39,794 bases of DNA from Intoshia linei (lineage: Eukaryota > Animalia > Orthonectida). Of the stretch, positions 38,201 to 39,794 are shown piece after piece (the first letter of the stretch is position 1; each line of letters starts with the position of its first letter). The stretch spans positions 1 to 39,794 of the forward strand of contig LWCA01000211.1 in assembly GCA_001642005.1 (NCBI GenBank), written 5' to 3'. Made by a program: the position numbers and the translations under genes. A model generated the notes under the pieces. The model made no database searches. It was not told where the DNA came from and was given only the letters and a program-made list of their open reading frames with translations.

Positions 38201-39130
38201 TATAATGTATTTAAATTGGAATTTTTATATGATCTTTATTAAATATTTCTATCGATAATAATAATTTATATTTTTTTTCTAGTTTTCATTCTACTCAATT
38301 TTTCAATGTTGAACATTCAACTGTTGAGTTGTTCAACTGCATGGAAATCGATATTTTCGTCAAGTTCTCTTTCGATTATGAATAACGTCAAGTCCGATAA
38401 TATAAACGATGGGCATTGTCAACAATTTTTGAATTTTTCACAATGTTAATACACAAAATAAAATATATTTCAGGGGCACATTTATCACGCTATTCTATAT
38501 GTCACATTTTACCCCCTGCACCCCTAGATCCGCTACTGGTATTAAGGTGTAGTAAAAATTGAATATATTAAACGCATATATTTCAAGTTTTCTTCTAAAG
38601 TCGAGCGTACGAAATAGTTGTAACAGGCATTATTTTTGCATTATAATAATTACACAGTTGTATTGGTGTCAAATTTTCATCATTTTTATTTTCCAATAAA
38701 TATGTATCATACTGCTCCAACACACATGAAAAGCATTTTAAACTCCCCCTGGCTGCACATATGTGTAAAATTGTGTTGCCCTCAACTAAAATATAATATA
38801 TATTATAACATGAACAATTAATTATGTATTTATTGTAGTACACTCCGTCAGGGGTAATGTGGTTAATATCACGGTTAAGAACCACTATAGTGGTTTTTAA
38901 CGTAAAAATACATATAATATATGTGTACATGATTAGCAATATTTAAATTTTGTATTTTTTGAAATATTTATGAAAATAGACCCCTTATGACCCCAACATG
39001 GTAATATATATATATATAATATGGTAATACAACCAATTAAATTTAAATTATTACAGTCTTTATCTTCTACATTCATTCCCTTCTGATCAATAAGCCAATG
39101 AGTAATATTATTTTGATCATATAAAGCAGT
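35241..39130 (-). CDS. Ankyrin-repeat protein, 3' part; 5' end outside the window and downstream exon linkage tentative
   Basis: Exons 39130-39055 and 38785-38611 splice to TALYDQNNITHWLIDQKGMNVEDKDFEGNTILHICAARGSLKCFSCVLE..NKNDENLTPIQL, which fits the ankyrin consensus. Candidate further exons 36554-36388 and 35423-35241 are open and phase-compatible with each other, possibly joined through micro-exons at 37303-37289 and 37249-37218. Confidence 0.6.
35511..36281. mobile_element. hAT-type MITE with CAATTAATTG subterminal arrays
   Basis: TIRs CAGGGATTG and CAATCCCTG; flanks GTTGGGAA(A) / GTTGGGAG; several CAATTAATTG palindromes near both ends. Confidence 0.8.
36642..37186. mobile_element. hAT-type MITE with exact 8-bp TSD
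   Basis: TAGTGATGCGATGATTCC (from 36653) and GGAATCGTTGCATCACTA (to 37186); GTTAATAC at 36634-36641 and 37187-37194. Confidence 0.85.
38161..38538. mobile_element. hAT-type MITE
   Basis: TIRs CAGTGGCGGATCTA and TAGATCCGCTACTG; flanks GTACTAAG / GTATTAAG. Confidence 0.9.
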
Positions 39131-39794
39131 CTTTTTATAAAAAAATGAAAAATCAATAATGTATTAATTTAAAGTTTTACTAATACTTTACATCAGGCAT
39201 TTTCAATCCTTTTTAGCTGTGGACTCAATAAAATTACCTTTACATATTACATAATATACTTATACATATTTATAAAATTATTCAAAAAATTAACAGTCCT
39301 CTTATTTAAAAAACCGAATTGCTAATACAGTTTATCAAGAGTTATGCAGTATTGCAAATTTAATTATCCGAATTTATGTCCTTCAGGATCAAAAATCCAA
39401 TGTCACCTTTTAAAATAAAATAAGCTTTAAAATTTCAAAAAACATTGTGGTAAGCGCTTAAAAGTCACTACCATCATGATAAATCTCAGTCTCATAAACT
39501 TACATATTAATGGTCAAAACCCCAAATTACCTTTTGTTTTAAAACATTAAATCCTAACTTATATAATATGCTACGCGATTTTTGTTTATGTGTCTGTGTG
39601 TCCTACTTTATTGAAATAACTAGCACTCTTAGAATTTTTTAAAAACCACATTTCAATTACAGTTTTTTTCTGGGACGTATAATAAGATAAATTTCAACCT
39701 CTTAATTTCACATCTTAAAGGTCAAAAACCCCTGTTGTCTCTCTTTTTGAAAAGCAAACGAGTTGGAGAATTTAAAAAAATATATACGCTGATG

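Overview
Very AT-rich, gene-dense animal nuclear DNA with mostly tiny (33-43 nt) GT-AG introns. This style resembles reduced parasitic invertebrate genomes such as orthonectids; the taxon is my inference. Manual splicing gives ten genes in order: last exon of a PLD3/PLD4-like gene (+), a divergent Rho GTPase (+), ELAPOR/KIAA1324-like (+), SEC63 (-), an intronless orphan (+), bifunctional AASS (+), an intronless orphan type I membrane protein (+), ATP synthase beta (+), a cryptic BNIP3/NIX-like gene (-), and the 3' part of an ankyrin-repeat gene (-). Most long introns and spacers hold short non-autonomous DNA transposons (hAT-type with 8-bp TSDs, one Tc1/pogo-type with a TA TSD); I saw no transposase. 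Main leads: three co-oriented gene pairs separated by only 137-181 nt (possible operons), AATAAA within 0-8 nt of several stop codons, the BNIP3-like gene tail-to-tail with ATP synthase beta, and degenerate GTT donor sites. All homology calls come from motifs I recall, not from database searches.
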